A stretch of 64,000 nucleotides of DNA from an uncultured Actinomycetota bacterium (GCA_963704685.1 OY969930.1:1245423-1309422), one strand, 5' to 3'; shown: positions 29,797 through 45,641, numbered from the stretch's first letter. Numbers and translations: made by a program. The notes: generated from the letters alone by a model not told the origin.

Positions 29797-30810
29797 CTAT
29801 TCGGCCGGGAAATCGGGCCATGAAATGGTCGGGTCGGTCTGATCGTCGTAGGCGGCGAGGATCCGGTCGGCCGCGACGGTGGCCGGCAGCTCGCCGGTGA
29901 GCACGTCGGCCCGGACCTCGGCCCGGATGGCGCGGACCCCACGGGAGTGCCGCAGCCGTTGGTCGAGCTCGTCGCGGACCAGCGCCCAGGTGAAGTCGAG
30001 CTGCTGGTGGGCACGCTTGTCGGCCAGCCCGGCGGCGCCGAGGTGCTCGCGGTGGGCGAGCACCCGGTCCCACACGTCGTCGACGGCGACGTCCTCGAGC
30101 GCCGAGCAGGTCACCACCGGTGGCGCCCACTCGTGGTGGCCGCGCACCAGGCGCAGCGCACCGGCGAGGTCGCGGGCGGCCACGCGGGCCTCCTGCTGCC
30201 GGTCGCCGTCGGCCTTGTTGACCGCGATGACGTCGGCGATCTCGAGGATGCCCTTCTTGATGCCCTGGAGCTGGTCGCCGGTCCGCGCCAGGGTGAGGAA
30301 GAGGAACGTGTCGACCATCCCCGCCACGGTGACCTCGGACTGGCCGACCCCGACGGTCTCGACGAGCACGACGTCGTACGCTGCCGCCTCGAGCACCGCC
30401 ATCGCCTGGACGGTCGCGCGGGCGACGCCGCCGAGGGTCCCGGCCGACGGCGATGGCCGGATGAAGGCTCCCGGGTCGGACGACAGCCGGGCCATCCGGG
30501 TCTTGTCACCGAGCACCGACCCGCCGGTGCGCACGCTGGACGGGTCGACGGCGAGCACCCCGACCCGGTGTCCCGCGGCGGTCAGTCGGGAGCCGAGCGC
30601 CTCGATGAAGGTCGACTTGCCGACCCCCGGCACCCCGGAGATCCCGACCCGGACCACGTCCGGCGACGCGCCCGCCGCGAGCTCGGTGAGCAGCTCGCGG
30701 GCCTGGTCACGATGGCGACGACTGGTCGACTCGACCAGGGTGATCGCCTGCGAGACGGCCGCGCGTCGTCCCGCTCGGATCCCAGCGACCAGGGTGGCGA
30801 CGTCGGGCAT
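29797..30810 (-). CDS. meaB: Methylmalonyl-CoA mutase-associated GTPase
   Basis: GVPGVGKST, AVDPSS..GGSVLGDKTRM, ETVGVGQSE, NKAD. Confidence 0.95.
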   Translation of the reverse strand: MPDVATLVAGIRAGRRAAVSQAITLVESTSRRHRDQARELLTELAAGASPDVVRVGISGVPGVGKSTFIEALGSRLTAAGHRVGVLAVDPSSVRTGGSVLGDKTRMARLSSDPGAFIRPSPSAGTLGGVARATVQAMAVLEAAAYDVVLVETVGVGQSEVTVAGMVDTFLFLTLARTGDQLQGIKKGILEIADVIAVNKADGDRQQEARVAARDLAGALRLVRGHHEWAPPVVTCSALEDVAVDDVWDRVLAHREHLGAAGLADKRAHQQLDFTWALVRDELDQRLRHSRGVRAIRAEVRADVLTGELPATVAADRILAAYDDQTDPTISWPDFPAE

Positions 30811-30812
30811 GC

Positions 30813-32939
30813 TCAGTGGTCCAGCCGCTCCCGCAGCCGGGCCAGCAGGTCGAGCGCGGACTCGGCGATGACGGTGCCGGGCAGGAAGACCGCTGCTGCT
30901 CCCATCTCCGTGAGCGTGGGGACGTCGTCGGGCGGGATCACCCCGCCGATGACGACCATGATGTCGGGCCGGCCCTGGTCGGCGAGCGCCTGCTTGAGCG
31001 CCGGCAGCAGGGTCAGGTGACCTGCCGCCAGCGACGAGACCCCGACGATGTGGACGTCCGCGTCGACCGCCTGCAGGGCGACCTCCTCGGGGGTGGAGAA
31101 GAGCGGCCCCACGTCGACGTCGAAGCCCATGTCGGCGAAGGCGGTGACGATCACCTTCTGGCCGCGGTCGTGGCCGTCCTGACCCATCTTGGCCACCAGG
31201 ATGCGCGGGCGCCGGCCCTCGGCGTCGGCGAACTCCTCGGTCGCGTCGAGCACCTGCTGCACGAGGGTGCCGTCCCCCTGGCTCGACTCGTCCTTGTACA
31301 CGCCGCTGATGGTACGGATCACCGCCTGGTGACGGCCGTAGACCTTCTCCAGTGCGTCCGAGATCTCCCCGACGGTCGCCTTCGCGCGGGCCGCGTCGAC
31401 GGCCAGGGCGAGCAGGTTGCCCTCGAGGTCCGGACCCGCTCCTCGGTCAGCCCCCCGACCAGCCGAGTTCGTGAGCGCCTCGAGGGAGCGGCGTACGTCG
31501 TCGTCGTCGCGCTCGGCCCGCAGCCGCTCGAGCTTGGCGATCTGCTGGCGGTAGACGTCGTCGTTGTCGACCCGGAGCACGTCGAGCTTGTCCTCGGCGG
31601 CGAGCCGGAAGGTGTTGACGCCGATCACCTTCTGGGCACCGGAGTCGATCCGCGCCTGGGTGCGGGCGGCGGCCTCCTCGATGCGCATCTTGGGGATGCC
31701 CTGCTCGATGGCGGCTGCCATCCCGCCGGCTGCCTCGGCCTCGAGGATGTGCGCCCAGGCGCGCTCGGCGAGGTCGTGGGTCAGGCGCTCGACGTAGTAG
31801 GAGCCACCCCACGGATCGATGGTCCCGGTCGTCCCGCTCTCCTGCTGGAGCAGCAGCTGGGTGTTGCGCGCGATCCGCGCCGAGAAGTCGGTCGGCAGCG
31901 CGATCGCCTCGTCGAGGGCGTTGGTGTGCAACGACTGGGTGTGGCCCTGGGTGGCGGCCATCGCCTCGATCGCGGTGCGTCCGACGTTGTTGAAGACGTC
32001 CTGGGCGGTCAGCGACCAGCCGCTGGTCTGGCTGTGGGTGCGCAGGCTGAGCGACTTGGGGTTCTGCGGGTCGAACTCGCGCACCAGCCGCGCCCAGAGG
32101 GCCCGGGCTGCGCGCATCTTGGCGACCTCCATGAAGAAGTTCATCCCGATCGCCCAGAAGAACGACAACCGGGGCGCGAACTGGTCGATCGTCATGCCGG
32201 TGGCGAGGCCGGCGCGGATGTACTCGACGCCGTCGGCCAGCGTGTAGGCGAGCTCCAGGTCGGCCGTCGCCCCGGCCTCCTGGATGTGGTAGCCGGAGAT
32301 CGAGATCGAGTTGAAGCGCGGCATCTTGGCGGCGGTGTAGCTGAAGATGTCGGAGATGATCCGCATGCTCGGCGCGGGCGGGTAGATGTAGGTGTTGCGG
32401 ACCATGAACTCCTTGAGGATGTCGTTCTGGATCGTCCCCGCGAGCTGTTCCGGCTTCACCCCCTGCTCCTCGGCCGCCGCGATGTAGAGCGCCAGCACCG
32501 GCAGCACCGCGCCGTTCATCGTCATCGACACCGACATCTCGTCGAGCGGGATGCCGTCGAAGAGGGTGCGGGTGTCGTAGATCGAGTCGATCGCCACACC
32601 GGCCATGCCGACGTCGCCGCGCACCCGCGGGTGGTCGGAGTCGTAGCCGCGGTGGGTGGCCAGGTCGAAGGCGACCGAGAGACCCTTCTGGCCGGCGGCG
32701 AGGTTGCGCCGGTAGAAGGCGTTGGACTCCTCGGCGGTCGAGAAGCCGGCGTACTGCCGGATCGTCCACGGCTGGGTGGTGTACATCGTCGGGTAGGGCC
32801 CGCGCAGGAACGGGCTCAGCCCGGGCAGCGTGTCGAGCGCGTCGAGACCCTCGATGTCCTCGGGACCGTACGACGGCTTGATCTCGATGCCCTCGGGGGA
32901 CATCCAGGGCTCGGCGCCGAAGCTCTCCGGGATGCTCAT
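30813..32939 (-). CDS. mutB: Methylmalonyl-CoA mutase large subunit
   Basis: [18 protein letters not shown]12-binding [10 protein letters not shown] and SSLAAGH; start MSIPESF overlaps the mutA stop. Confidence 0.95.
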   Translation of the reverse strand: MSIPESFGAEPWMSPEGIEIKPSYGPEDIEGLDALDTLPGLSPFLRGPYPTMYTTQPWTIRQYAGFSTAEESNAFYRRNLAAGQKGLSVAFDLATHRGYDSDHPRVRGDVGMAGVAIDSIYDTRTLFDGIPLDEMSVSMTMNGAVLPVLALYIAAAEEQGVKPEQLAGTIQNDILKEFMVRNTYIYPPAPSMRIISDIFSYTAAKMPRFNSISISGYHIQEAGATADLELAYTLADGVEYIRAGLATGMTIDQFAPRLSFFWAIGMNFFMEVAKMRAARALWARLVREFDPQNPKSLSLRTHSQTSGWSLTAQDVFNNVGRTAIEAMAATQGHTQSLHTNALDEAIALPTDFSARIARNTQLLLQQESGTTGTIDPWGGSYYVERLTHDLAERAWAHILEAEAAGGMAAAIEQGIPKMRIEEAAARTQARIDSGAQKVIGVNTFRLAAEDKLDVLRVDNDDVYRQQIAKLERLRAERDDDDVRRSLEALTNSAGRGADRGAGPDLEGNLLALAVDAARAKATVGEISDALEKVYGRHQAVIRTISGVYKDESSQGDGTLVQQVLDATEEFADAEGRRPRILVAKMGQDGHDRGQKVIVTAFADMGFDVDVGPLFSTPEEVALQAVDADVHIVGVSSLAAGHLTLLPALKQALADQGRPDIMVVIGGVIPPDDVPTLTEMGAAAVFLPGTVIAESALDLLARLRERLDH

Positions 32940-34597
32940 GCCAGCTTCTCCCTCGTCCTCGTCAGGAAGTCCAGGGCGTCCACGCCCATCGCGCAGGCGT
33001 CGTCGGCCCACTCCCGGGGCTTTCCCGCGACGATCACCCACTCGGCACCGCCCTTGCGCAGCTCGGCCGCGGTCTCGGCGCCCGATGCGTCGTACGCGGC
33101 GTCGGTGCCGGCCAGGCACACCACGCGCTGGCCGTCGTGCTCCCCCACCGCGGCCCGGACACCACCGGCCGCCAGCAGGTTGGTGGCGAAGGTCGCGCGG
33201 GCCGTGTGCTGGGCGACGGTGCCGAGCGTGGCCAGGAAGACCGGATCCGCGGCAGGGTCGTCGCGCAGCGCCTCGAAGCTGGCGCCGTACGCGCGAACGT
33301 CGGCCCAGTCGTCGGACGGCTCACGCTCCAGGAGGACCTCGTCGAGGTGGGGGAACTCGGTCAGGCCCGTGATCGGCCGCCGGCGCTTCGCGACGTCGGC
33401 CTCGCGCCGGGCCACGGTCTCGGCGATCTGCTCGTCGAGGTCGGCGCCGTCGTCGAGCCGGCCGAAGATCTCCCAGGCCGAGCGGGCCAGGTCGTCGGTG
33501 AGCTTCTCCACGGCGTACGAGCCACCCGCCGGGTCGGCGACGTGGGCGACGTGGGCCTCGTCGATGAGCAGGTGGGAGGTGTTGCGGGCGACCCGCCGGC
33601 CCAGCGCCTCCGGTCGGCCCAACGGGCTGTCGAAGGGCAGCACGGTCACGCTGTCGGCTCCCCCGACACCGGCGGCGAAGGCCGCGACGGTGGTGCGCAG
33701 CATGTTGACCCAGGGGTCGTACCTGCTCATCATCGGGCGGCTGGTGACCGCGTGCTGGCGCTGGGCGGCCGCGCCGCCGTCGCTCAGCTGCAGCACCCGG
33801 GTCCAGAGCCGCCTGGCCGCGCGCAGCTTGGCGATCGAGGGGAACTGGTCGTCGGTCACGGCGTAGCGGAACTCCACGAGGCCGGCGGCCTCGTCGACCG
33901 ACAGCCCGGCGTCGGTGAGGGTGCGCAGAGCCTGGACGCCGATCGCGAGGGAGTAGCCGAGCTCCTGGGCGTCGGACGCGCCGCGGTCGTGCACCACGGT
34001 CGCGTCGACCACGAAGCCGAGGACCCCGGCACCGGTCGCGAGCGCGGCCTGCTCGGCGGTCGCCGTACGCGCGTCGAAGCCCAGGTTGGTGCCCGGAGCG
34101 AGCTCGCGGCCGTCGGCGTGGGTCAGGAAGGCCTCGGCTGCGGCGCCCGGCGCGGACGGGGCCTCGAGCACCACCGGGGCCAGGTCGAGGAGCACGTCGG
34201 CGAGGAGCGCTGCGAAGTCGGTGTCGGCGTCGGCGTGGACCCACAGCGAGGTGACACCACCGTTGAGGTCGACCAGGGCCTCCTCGTTGGTGTCGACCCG
34301 CGCGCGGATGTCCCAGTCGCCGGACCGGTTCGGCCGACCCTCGGTCTGCAGGTCCTCGAGCAGCGCTGCGGTGCCCAGCGGGGCGACGGGGATGCCGTCC
34401 AGCGTGGTGCGGGTCAGCTTGTCCCACACCAGGTCGTCGGGATCCTCGTCGGTCATCCGCCTGGCCTTGCGCAGCACCGCAGCGGCCTGGCTCTCCCAGT
34501 CCGACGCGGTCCACGCGTCGTCCGGGGACGCCAGGTCCAGCGACCCTTGCTCGGGCTCCAGCGCAGCGGGCTCGTCCAGCCCTCCCTCGACAGTCAT
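32936..34597 (-). CDS. mutA: Methylmalonyl-CoA mutase small subunit
   Basis: [41 protein letters not shown]; TATGGT -10 7 nt upstream. Confidence 0.92.
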   Translation of the reverse strand: MTVEGGLDEPAALEPEQGSLDLASPDDAWTASDWESQAAAVLRKARRMTDEDPDDLVWDKLTRTTLDGIPVAPLGTAALLEDLQTEGRPNRSGDWDIRARVDTNEEALVDLNGGVTSLWVHADADTDFAALLADVLLDLAPVVLEAPSAPGAAAEAFLTHADGRELAPGTNLGFDARTATAEQAALATGAGVLGFVVDATVVHDRGASDAQELGYSLAIGVQALRTLTDAGLSVDEAAGLVEFRYAVTDDQFPSIAKLRAARRLWTRVLQLSDGGAAAQRQHAVTSRPMMSRYDPWVNMLRTTVAAFAAGVGGADSVTVLPFDSPLGRPEALGRRVARNTSHLLIDEAHVAHVADPAGGSYAVEKLTDDLARSAWEIFGRLDDGADLDEQIAETVARREADVAKRRRPITGLTEFPHLDEVLLEREPSDDWADVRAYGASFEALRDDPAADPVFLATLGTVAQHTARATFATNLLAAGGVRAAVGEHDGQRVVCLAGTDAAYDASGAETAAELRKGGAEWVIVAGKPREWADDACAMGVDALDFLTRTREKLA

Positions 34598-34630
34598 GCT
34601 GCGAACCATAGGAGGCGGATGTGACGGAGG

Positions 34631-40150
<5,520 letters not shown>

Positions 40151-40300
40151 GTGCTCGACCTCCGACCGTCAGCCGGCACGATTGCCGACTGTGCTGGCAT
40201 GACGTTGCCATGAGTCGAGGGTTACCAGTAAGTCACTCGCGCCGTGTCTCCATCAACTACCCTCGCGGAGGACTCCGATCCGGGCTCGGCGACGGTCCGA

Positions 40301-40969
40301 TCACCTGCCGCGTCGTCCTGGGCGCTCGTACCGGACCGACGGCTCCGGGGCTGTGGGTGCCGCCGGCTCGTGGCTGCGCGCGGCAGCCACCCCGACCTCG
40401 AGCAGGTCCCGCAGGATCGCGTCCCTGGCGGGATCTCCGGCGGCCACCAGCCCTTGCACCGAGCAGCGCACCATCGTCGGCGCGGAGTGCCGGGTGAACT
40501 GTGCCGGCGTCACCGGACCCGGGGTGGCGAACTGGTGCACCCACGCGACCGCGCCGGGCACCGACTGCAGCGCTGCGCGGATGTCGCGCTGGACCACGGG
40601 GTCGTCGGCCAGCTGCTCGGCCCGGTAGAGCCCCGCGGCGAGCACCCGTTGGGTCGGCTCGGGGACCTGGGTCACCGCCCGGCCGGCCACGGCGCTCGAG
40701 ACCGCGATCGTCCACGCGATCGACCCGCCTCGCACCCCGACGACCGACGGGATGAGCGTGGCGAGGTCGCCGCGGTGCCGGTCACTGGTCTCGTCGTTGA
40801 CCAGCCGCGCCAGGTAGCCGAGGAGCGGGTGGGTGCAGGACGGGTGGTCGCTCCAGCGCTCACCGGCGAGCACCGACGCCATCTCCATGAAGCAGGCGCC
40901 CTTGCGCGGGGTCCGGTGCTTGCCGCGCGACAGGACGGGCAGGCCCTCGGGAGCCGAGGTCGGGTGCAT
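40301..40969 (-). CDS. Conserved-looking hypothetical protein with a Cys/His motif
   Basis: GGAGGTG RBS before ATG 40969; GKH..GACFMEMASVLAGERWSDHPSCTHP..VND. Confidence 0.7.
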   Translation of the reverse strand: MHPTSAPEGLPVLSRGKHRTPRKGACFMEMASVLAGERWSDHPSCTHPLLGYLARLVNDETSDRHRGDLATLIPSVVGVRGGSIAWTIAVSSAVAGRAVTQVPEPTQRVLAAGLYRAEQLADDPVVQRDIRAALQSVPGAVAWVHQFATPGPVTPAQFTRHSAPTMVRCSVQGLVAAGDPARDAILRDLLEVGVAAARSHEPAAPTAPEPSVRYERPGRRGR

Positions 40970-41248
40970 GGTCACCACCTCCGGTTCGAGCATGCGCCCC
41001 CGCCCGGACGAGGGCAAGGGGTCAGTCCCGCCGGCCCGCAGTCCGACGTCAGTTGCGGAGAGTGACGCTGCCCAGTTGGACGGTCGGTGGCCGTTGGCGA
41101 CGTCGTGCACGTCGTCGGGGTTGTCCACGGCGGCGACGTTGAGGAGCGATGCCAGGTCGCTGACGGACTGGGCCGAGGGTCTCCGCCGAGATCGCCGAGA
41201 CCCGCGGCGTGCCGGAGGGGGTCGAGCCGCCGGTCGCGCCAGCGGCGG

Positions 41249-41926
41249 TCAGGACTGAAGTCGCCGCCGGGTGTTGCCGAGGTGCAGCCGCATCGCGGCG
41301 CGGGCGGTGTCGGCGTCGCCGGCGACCACGGCCGCGGCCACATTGTCGTGCTCACGACGCAGCCGCTCCACGTGGTCGGCGTCGGTGAGGGAGAACTCCT
41401 CGGGCAGCCTGGCACGCGGCAGCATGATGATCATCGGACCCATCGAGTCGAGCAGGTCGACGTAGAAGCGGTTGCGGCTCGCCGCCGCGATCGCGCGGTG
41501 GAAGGCGAAGTCGGCCTCGACCGCGTCCGCAGGCGCCGCGGCGGTGAAGGCCTCGAGTGCGGTCCGCACCGCCTTCGCGCCCTGCGGCGTGCGGTGGGTC
41601 GCCGCGAGGTACGCCGCCTCGCTCTCCACGCCGAGCCGGAAGTCGATCATCGCAAGCACGTCGGACTGGGTGCGGATCGCGGACGCCTCGACCGTGAAGG
41701 TGGTCGCCTCCGGCACCGCCAGCACGAAGGAACCGCGACCCTGGAAGGTCTCGACCAGGCCCTCGGCCCGCAGCTGGGTGACCGCCTCGCGGATCACGGT
41801 CCGCGACACGGCGTACTCCTCGATGAGTTCGGCCTCGGACGGCAGCTTGGTGCCGGACGGGAGCGTGCCGTCGAGGATGTTCGCCTTCAGCCCGGCGACG
41901 ACAGCCTGGGCGAGCGTGGTCGTCAT
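41249..41926 (-). CDS. GntR/FadR-family regulator
   Basis: LPSEAELIEEYAVSRTVIREA..GRGSFV wHTH and FCD domain (DFAFH, EH); ATGA overlap with the dehydratase. Confidence 0.92.
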   Translation of the reverse strand: MTTTLAQAVVAGLKANILDGTLPSGTKLPSEAELIEEYAVSRTVIREAVTQLRAEGLVETFQGRGSFVLAVPEATTFTVEASAIRTQSDVLAMIDFRLGVESEAAYLAATHRTPQGAKAVRTALEAFTAAAPADAVEADFAFHRAIAAASRNRFYVDLLDSMGPMIIMLPRARLPEEFSLTDADHVERLRREHDNVAAAVVAGDADTARAAMRLHLGNTRRRLQS

Positions 41927-43044
41927 GCGGCGAAGGTAGCGGTTTCCCTGGTGAGCTGGCGCATCCGCTCGCTGAGCGTGAAGCCGAGACCCGGGCGGTC
42001 CGGGACGAACATCCGCCCGTCGCGGATCTCGATGCGCTCCTCGAAGAGCGGGTCGAGCCATTCGAAGTGCTCGACCCACGGCTCGGTGGGATAGGCGGCG
42101 GCGAGGTGCAGGTGGATCTCCATCGCGTAGTGGGGCGCAAGCGCCAGACCGGCATGGGCGGCGAGGGACGCGAAGCGGAGGAACGGCGTGATGCCGCCGA
42201 TCCGCGGTGCGTCGGGCTGCACGATGCCCCGGAAGCCGGCGTCGATCAGACCCATGTGCTCGCGCACCGAGGTGAGCATCTCGCCGGTCGCGATCGGGGT
42301 GTCGAAGGTGCGTGACAGGTCGGCGTGACCGGTCGCGTCCCAGGCGTCGAGCGGCTCCTCGATCCAGACCAGGTCGAACTCCTCGAGCGCGCGGCACATC
42401 CGGCGGGCCCGGGCCCGGTCCCACTGCTGGTTGGCGTCGACCATGAACGGGGTCTCGCCGAGGTGCTCGCGGAGCGCCGCGACCCGGCGCAGGTCCTCGG
42501 CCCAGTCGGGCTGGCCGACCTTGATCTTGATGCCGCCAATGCCGGCCGCGATCGAGGCGGTCGCCTTCTCCTCGATCTCCTCGACCGACGCCTGCAGGAA
42601 GCCCCCGGAGGTGTTGTAGACCTGACAGGAGTCACGGTGCGCGCCGAGCAGCTTGGCGAGCGGGAGGCCGGCGCGGCGCGCCTTGAGGTCGTAGAGCGCC
42701 ACGTCGAGGGCGGCGACCGCCTGGGTGGCGACACCGCTGCGGCCGACCGAGGCGCCTGCCCACATCAAGGACTCGTAGATCTTCGCGATGTCGCTGGGGT
42801 CCTGGCCGATCGCAACCTCCGCGATCTCGCGCAGGTGGGCGAACTGCGCCGGGCCGCCGGCCCGCTTGGAGTAGCTGAAGCCCATGCCCCGGTGGCCCTG
42901 CTCGGTCTCGACCTCGACGAAGAGAAGCACGATGTCGGTCAGCGGCTTCTGGCGTCCGGTGAGCACCTTGGCATCACTCACCGGGGACTCGAGCGGCAGG
43001 ACGACGTGGGACAGAGTCAGGGTGCGGATTCGGTCGTTGGACAT
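41923..43044 (-). CDS. Enolase superfamily enzyme, L-talarate/galactarate dehydratase-like
   Basis: SDAKVLTGRQKP, YSKRAGG, KIKVG, MVDANQ, WIEEP, TGEM, APH. Confidence 0.85.
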   Translation of the reverse strand: MSNDRIRTLTLSHVVLPLESPVSDAKVLTGRQKPLTDIVLLFVEVETEQGHRGMGFSYSKRAGGPAQFAHLREIAEVAIGQDPSDIAKIYESLMWAGASVGRSGVATQAVAALDVALYDLKARRAGLPLAKLLGAHRDSCQVYNTSGGFLQASVEEIEEKATASIAAGIGGIKIKVGQPDWAEDLRRVAALREHLGETPFMVDANQQWDRARARRMCRALEEFDLVWIEEPLDAWDATGHADLSRTFDTPIATGEMLTSVREHMGLIDAGFRGIVQPDAPRIGGITPFLRFASLAAHAGLALAPHYAMEIHLHLAAAYPTEPWVEHFEWLDPLFEERIEIRDGRMFVPDRPGLGFTLSERMRQLTRETATFAA

Positions 43045-43052
43045 GGGGCTCC

Positions 43053-43095
43053 CTCGTGCTAACTTGTATGATGAGTTATCAAGTTATAGCACGAG
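43053..43095 (-). promoter_or_regulatory. Promoter/operator of the dehydratase-GntR pair
   Basis: AT-rich patch with interrupted inverted repeat CTCGTGCTAACTTG...CAAGTTATAGCACGAG. Minus-strand TG-C-TATAAC resembles an extended -10. Confidence 0.55.
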
Positions 43096-43132
43096 TTGTC
43101 TCGTGGTGGCGTGGTTGTCTCGTGGTGGCGTG
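43095..43132. repeat. Exact 19-bp tandem duplication
   Basis: GTTGTCTCGTGGTGGCGTG at 43095-43113 and 43114-43132. Confidence 0.9.
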
Positions 43133-43137
43133 GGCTC

Positions 43138-43177
43138 GTTGGTCGAGTAGCGAGCGCCAGCGCGAGTAACGAGACCC
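43138..43177. repeat. REP-like sequence
   Basis: GTTGGTCGAGTAGCGAGCGCCAGCGCGAGTAACGAGACCC resembles GGTCGAGTAG...CGAGACC extragenic repeats I recall from Nocardioides-type genomes; single copy here. Confidence 0.45.
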
Positions 43178-43184
43178 CGCCCCC

Positions 43185-43228
43185 TTGCCTCACTTCGCGG
43201 ATGCGCGTACAATCGAACACATGATCGA
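43185..43228 (+). promoter_or_regulatory. SigA-type leaderless promoter overlapped by a LexA (SOS) box
   Basis: TTGCCT-N17-TACAAT (43185-43213); TCGAAC-ACAT-GATCGA (43213-43228) has one mismatch to TCGAAC-N4-GTTCGA. Confidence 0.8.
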
Positions 43229-44486
43229 TCATGGTAGCGACCTCGGCGTGGACGCCCTCCACGTGCTGGTCGCCGCCCTCGCGGAAGTCTCGGCCGACAC
43301 CGAGGTCCGCGACCAGATCGACCGGCTGACCGCGCTGGAACGTCTCAAGTGCGCCGCGGCGGCCGCGCAGGCCCGGATCACCGCCCGGATCGCGGCTCAG
43401 GGTGACCCGGGCCGCAGTGTCGGCGCCCAGGTCGGTCTCGCCCGCCACGAGAGCCCCCACCGCGGCCGACGCCTCACCACCCTCGCCACCGCCCTGGTCG
43501 GAGACCTGCCCGAGACCCTCGCCGCCCTCGAACGCGGCGACCTCAACGAGCACCGCGCCCAGATCATCGCCGACGGCACCCGCGACCTCTGCGCCGACGA
43601 CCGTCGACAGGTCGACGCCGCGCTCGCCGACCGACTCGGTGCCCTCGGCGACCGCGAGCTCACTCTCGCCACTGCGAGAGAAGTGATGCGCGTCGACCCC
43701 GACGGCTCGACGCACCGCCGCAGGGCAGCCCAGCGCCGGCGCCGCATCAGTGGCCGGTGGCTCGGCGACGGCACCGGACTCATCACCGCCGTCCTCGGCG
43801 ACACCCACTACGCCGCCATCATGACCTCACTGCAGCAAGCCGCCGCCACCGACCACGCCCTGGGAGACGACCGCAGCCACCAACAGCTCCTCGCCGACCA
43901 CTTCGTCGCCCGCCTCACCGGACAAGTCACCGCCCAACGGACACCCGTCGCAATCAACCTCGTCGTCTCCGCCGAGACTCTCCTCGGCGACGGCGACGAA
44001 CCCGCCGACGTCACCGGCTACGGACCCGTCCCCGCCGCCGTCGCCCGCGGGCTCGCGCTCGCCTCCACTGCGCAGGGCACCCGGATCCGGCGACTCTTCC
44101 GCCTCGATCACACCGACCACCTGATCGCCATGGACTCCACCTCCCGCACCTTCGACGGACTCCTCCGCGAGTTCATCGAGCTCCGCGACCAGCTCTGCCG
44201 CACCCCCTGGTGCGGAGGCCGCATCCGGGCGGGCGACCACGTCCGCCCGGTCGCCGACGACGGCCCCACCAGCGCCCACAACGGTCAAGGACTCTGCGAG
44301 GACTGCAACCTCACCAAGGAGACCCCCGGCTGGCGACATCAGGTCTGGTCCGACCCCCTCCAGCCCCACCTCGTCGCCATCACCACCCCCACCGGCCACC
44401 ACCACCTGAGCCGCGCCCCCGGCCAACCCCGAGCACGACCCGACTGGATCGAGACCCGACCCGGCCTCTGGCAACGCGCCGCCTGA
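43221..44486 (+). CDS. DUF222 + HNH endonuclease protein (13E12 repeat family)
   Basis: LPETLAALERGDL, GYGPVPA, RDQLCRTPWC..DHVRP..GPTSAHNGQGLCEDCNLTKE..GW, TTPTGH. Confidence 0.9.
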   Translation: MIDHGSDLGVDALHVLVAALAEVSADTEVRDQIDRLTALERLKCAAAAAQARITARIAAQGDPGRSVGAQVGLARHESPHRGRRLTTLATALVGDLPETLAALERGDLNEHRAQIIADGTRDLCADDRRQVDAALADRLGALGDRELTLATAREVMRVDPDGSTHRRRAAQRRRRISGRWLGDGTGLITAVLGDTHYAAIMTSLQQAAATDHALGDDRSHQQLLADHFVARLTGQVTAQRTPVAINLVVSAETLLGDGDEPADVTGYGPVPAAVARGLALASTAQGTRIRRLFRLDHTDHLIAMDSTSRTFDGLLREFIELRDQLCRTPWCGGRIRAGDHVRPVADDGPTSAHNGQGLCEDCNLTKETPGWRHQVWSDPLQPHLVAITTPTGHHHLSRAPGQPRARPDWIETRPGLWQRAA

Positions 44487-44611
44487 CCGCACACCTACCG
44501 ACCACGACGATGGTCTGCGCGGAGTCTCCGCGCCAGAGCAGGGATCATCACCAGTGCTGCGACCAGGTGCAGCCCGAGGAGGGCGACGGTCGTCGCGACG
44601 TCCGCGTCGGA

Positions 44612-45604
44612 CTACTCCGCGCCCTCGGCCGACAGCCGCTCCGGCAGCCCCAGACGTGCGAACTGGTCGGCATGGAAGATGACGAGCTCGGTGACCACCC
44701 CACCGGAGATGCGCAGCACGTCGATCGTCAGCGGCAGGTAGGCGTCCTCACTCTCCTGCCAGAGGTAGAAGGCGACGGCCGGCTGACGGTTGACCCGCGT
44801 GTCGACGGTGCGCAGCTCACCCAGGCCCTCGAACCCGTCCCCGACCCAGTCGCCCACGACCGCGTCGCGGCCGACGCACAGGCCCGGGGTCGGCGGCATC
44901 GAGTAGCGGATGTCGTCGCGGAGCATGGCAGCGAGACCGTCGATGTCCTTGGCGATGCTCGCGTCGGTGAAGCGGCGCACCAGCTCGCGGGTCTCCACGT
45001 CCTCCTCGGCACCGGTCCAGTCCTGCCGCTCGGCGGGGAGGTGCTCCCGCATCCCCGCGCGGGCGCGCTGCAGCGCACTGTTCACCGAGTTGACCGAGTC
45101 CCCGAGCAGATCGGCGACATCCTTCGCCGGCCAGCCGAGCACGTCGCGCAGGATCAGTGCGGCCCGAGGGCGCGGCGCGAGGTGCTGGAGCGCGACCAGG
45201 TAGGCCAGCTCGATCGTCTCCCGGGCGACCGCGACCGTCTCCGGCTCGTCGCGGTCGCCCGCGGGCAGCTCGTCGAGCAACCGGTCCGGGTAGGGCTGCA
45301 GCCACAGGACCTCGCCGCCGGTCGCCGGCTCGGGCCGACGCTTCGCGAGCAGGTCCAGGCACGCGTTGGTGGCGATCCGGTAGAGCCAGGCCCGGAAGGT
45401 CGAGCGACCCGCGAAGGTCTCCCGCCGTCGCCAGGCGCGGAGGAACGTCTCCTGCACGGTGTCCTCGGCGTCCTCGAACGACCCGAGCATCCGGTAGCAG
45501 TGCACGTGCAGCTCCCGACGGTGCCGCTCGGTCAGCCCCGAGAACGCCGGCTCGTCGACCTCGCTCACGCCCAGCTCCTCCGGTCGCATCTCCACCTTCA
45601 TCAC
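44612..45604 (-). CDS. ECF sigma factor with C-terminal SnoaL-like domain (SigG-like)
   Basis: HCYRMLGSFEDAEDTVQETFLRAW, WLYRIATNACLD, WLQPYPD, SVNSALQRAR, SMPP. Confidence 0.9.
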   Translation of the reverse strand: MMKVEMRPEELGVSEVDEPAFSGLTERHRRELHVHCYRMLGSFEDAEDTVQETFLRAWRRRETFAGRSTFRAWLYRIATNACLDLLAKRRPEPATGGEVLWLQPYPDRLLDELPAGDRDEPETVAVARETIELAYLVALQHLAPRPRAALILRDVLGWPAKDVADLLGDSVNSVNSALQRARAGMREHLPAERQDWTGAEEDVETRELVRRFTDASIAKDIDGLAAMLRDDIRYSMPPTPGLCVGRDAVVGDWVGDGFEGLGELRTVDTRVNRQPAVAFYLWQESEDAYLPLTIDVLRISGGVVTELVIFHADQFARLGLPERLSAEGAE

Positions 45605-45641
45605 GTCATCCTTCCGCCTCGTCGTGTCCTGTCACAGGTAT

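Noticed and set aside
30816-33866. 1016-aa ORF antisense to mutB/mutA, and similar long antisense or Arg/Pro-rich ORFs throughout
   Set aside because: Same GC artefact; the opposite strand carries clear conserved enzymes
34598-34630. Cobalamin riboswitch before mutA
   Set aside because: Only 33 bp of intergenic space, occupied by a leaderless-type -10
41177-41203. Short hairpins GGGTCTC/GAGACCC here, near 44517-44533, and TCGACCTCGAGGTCGA near 56714
   Set aside because: Short GC-rich stems expected by chance; no further support
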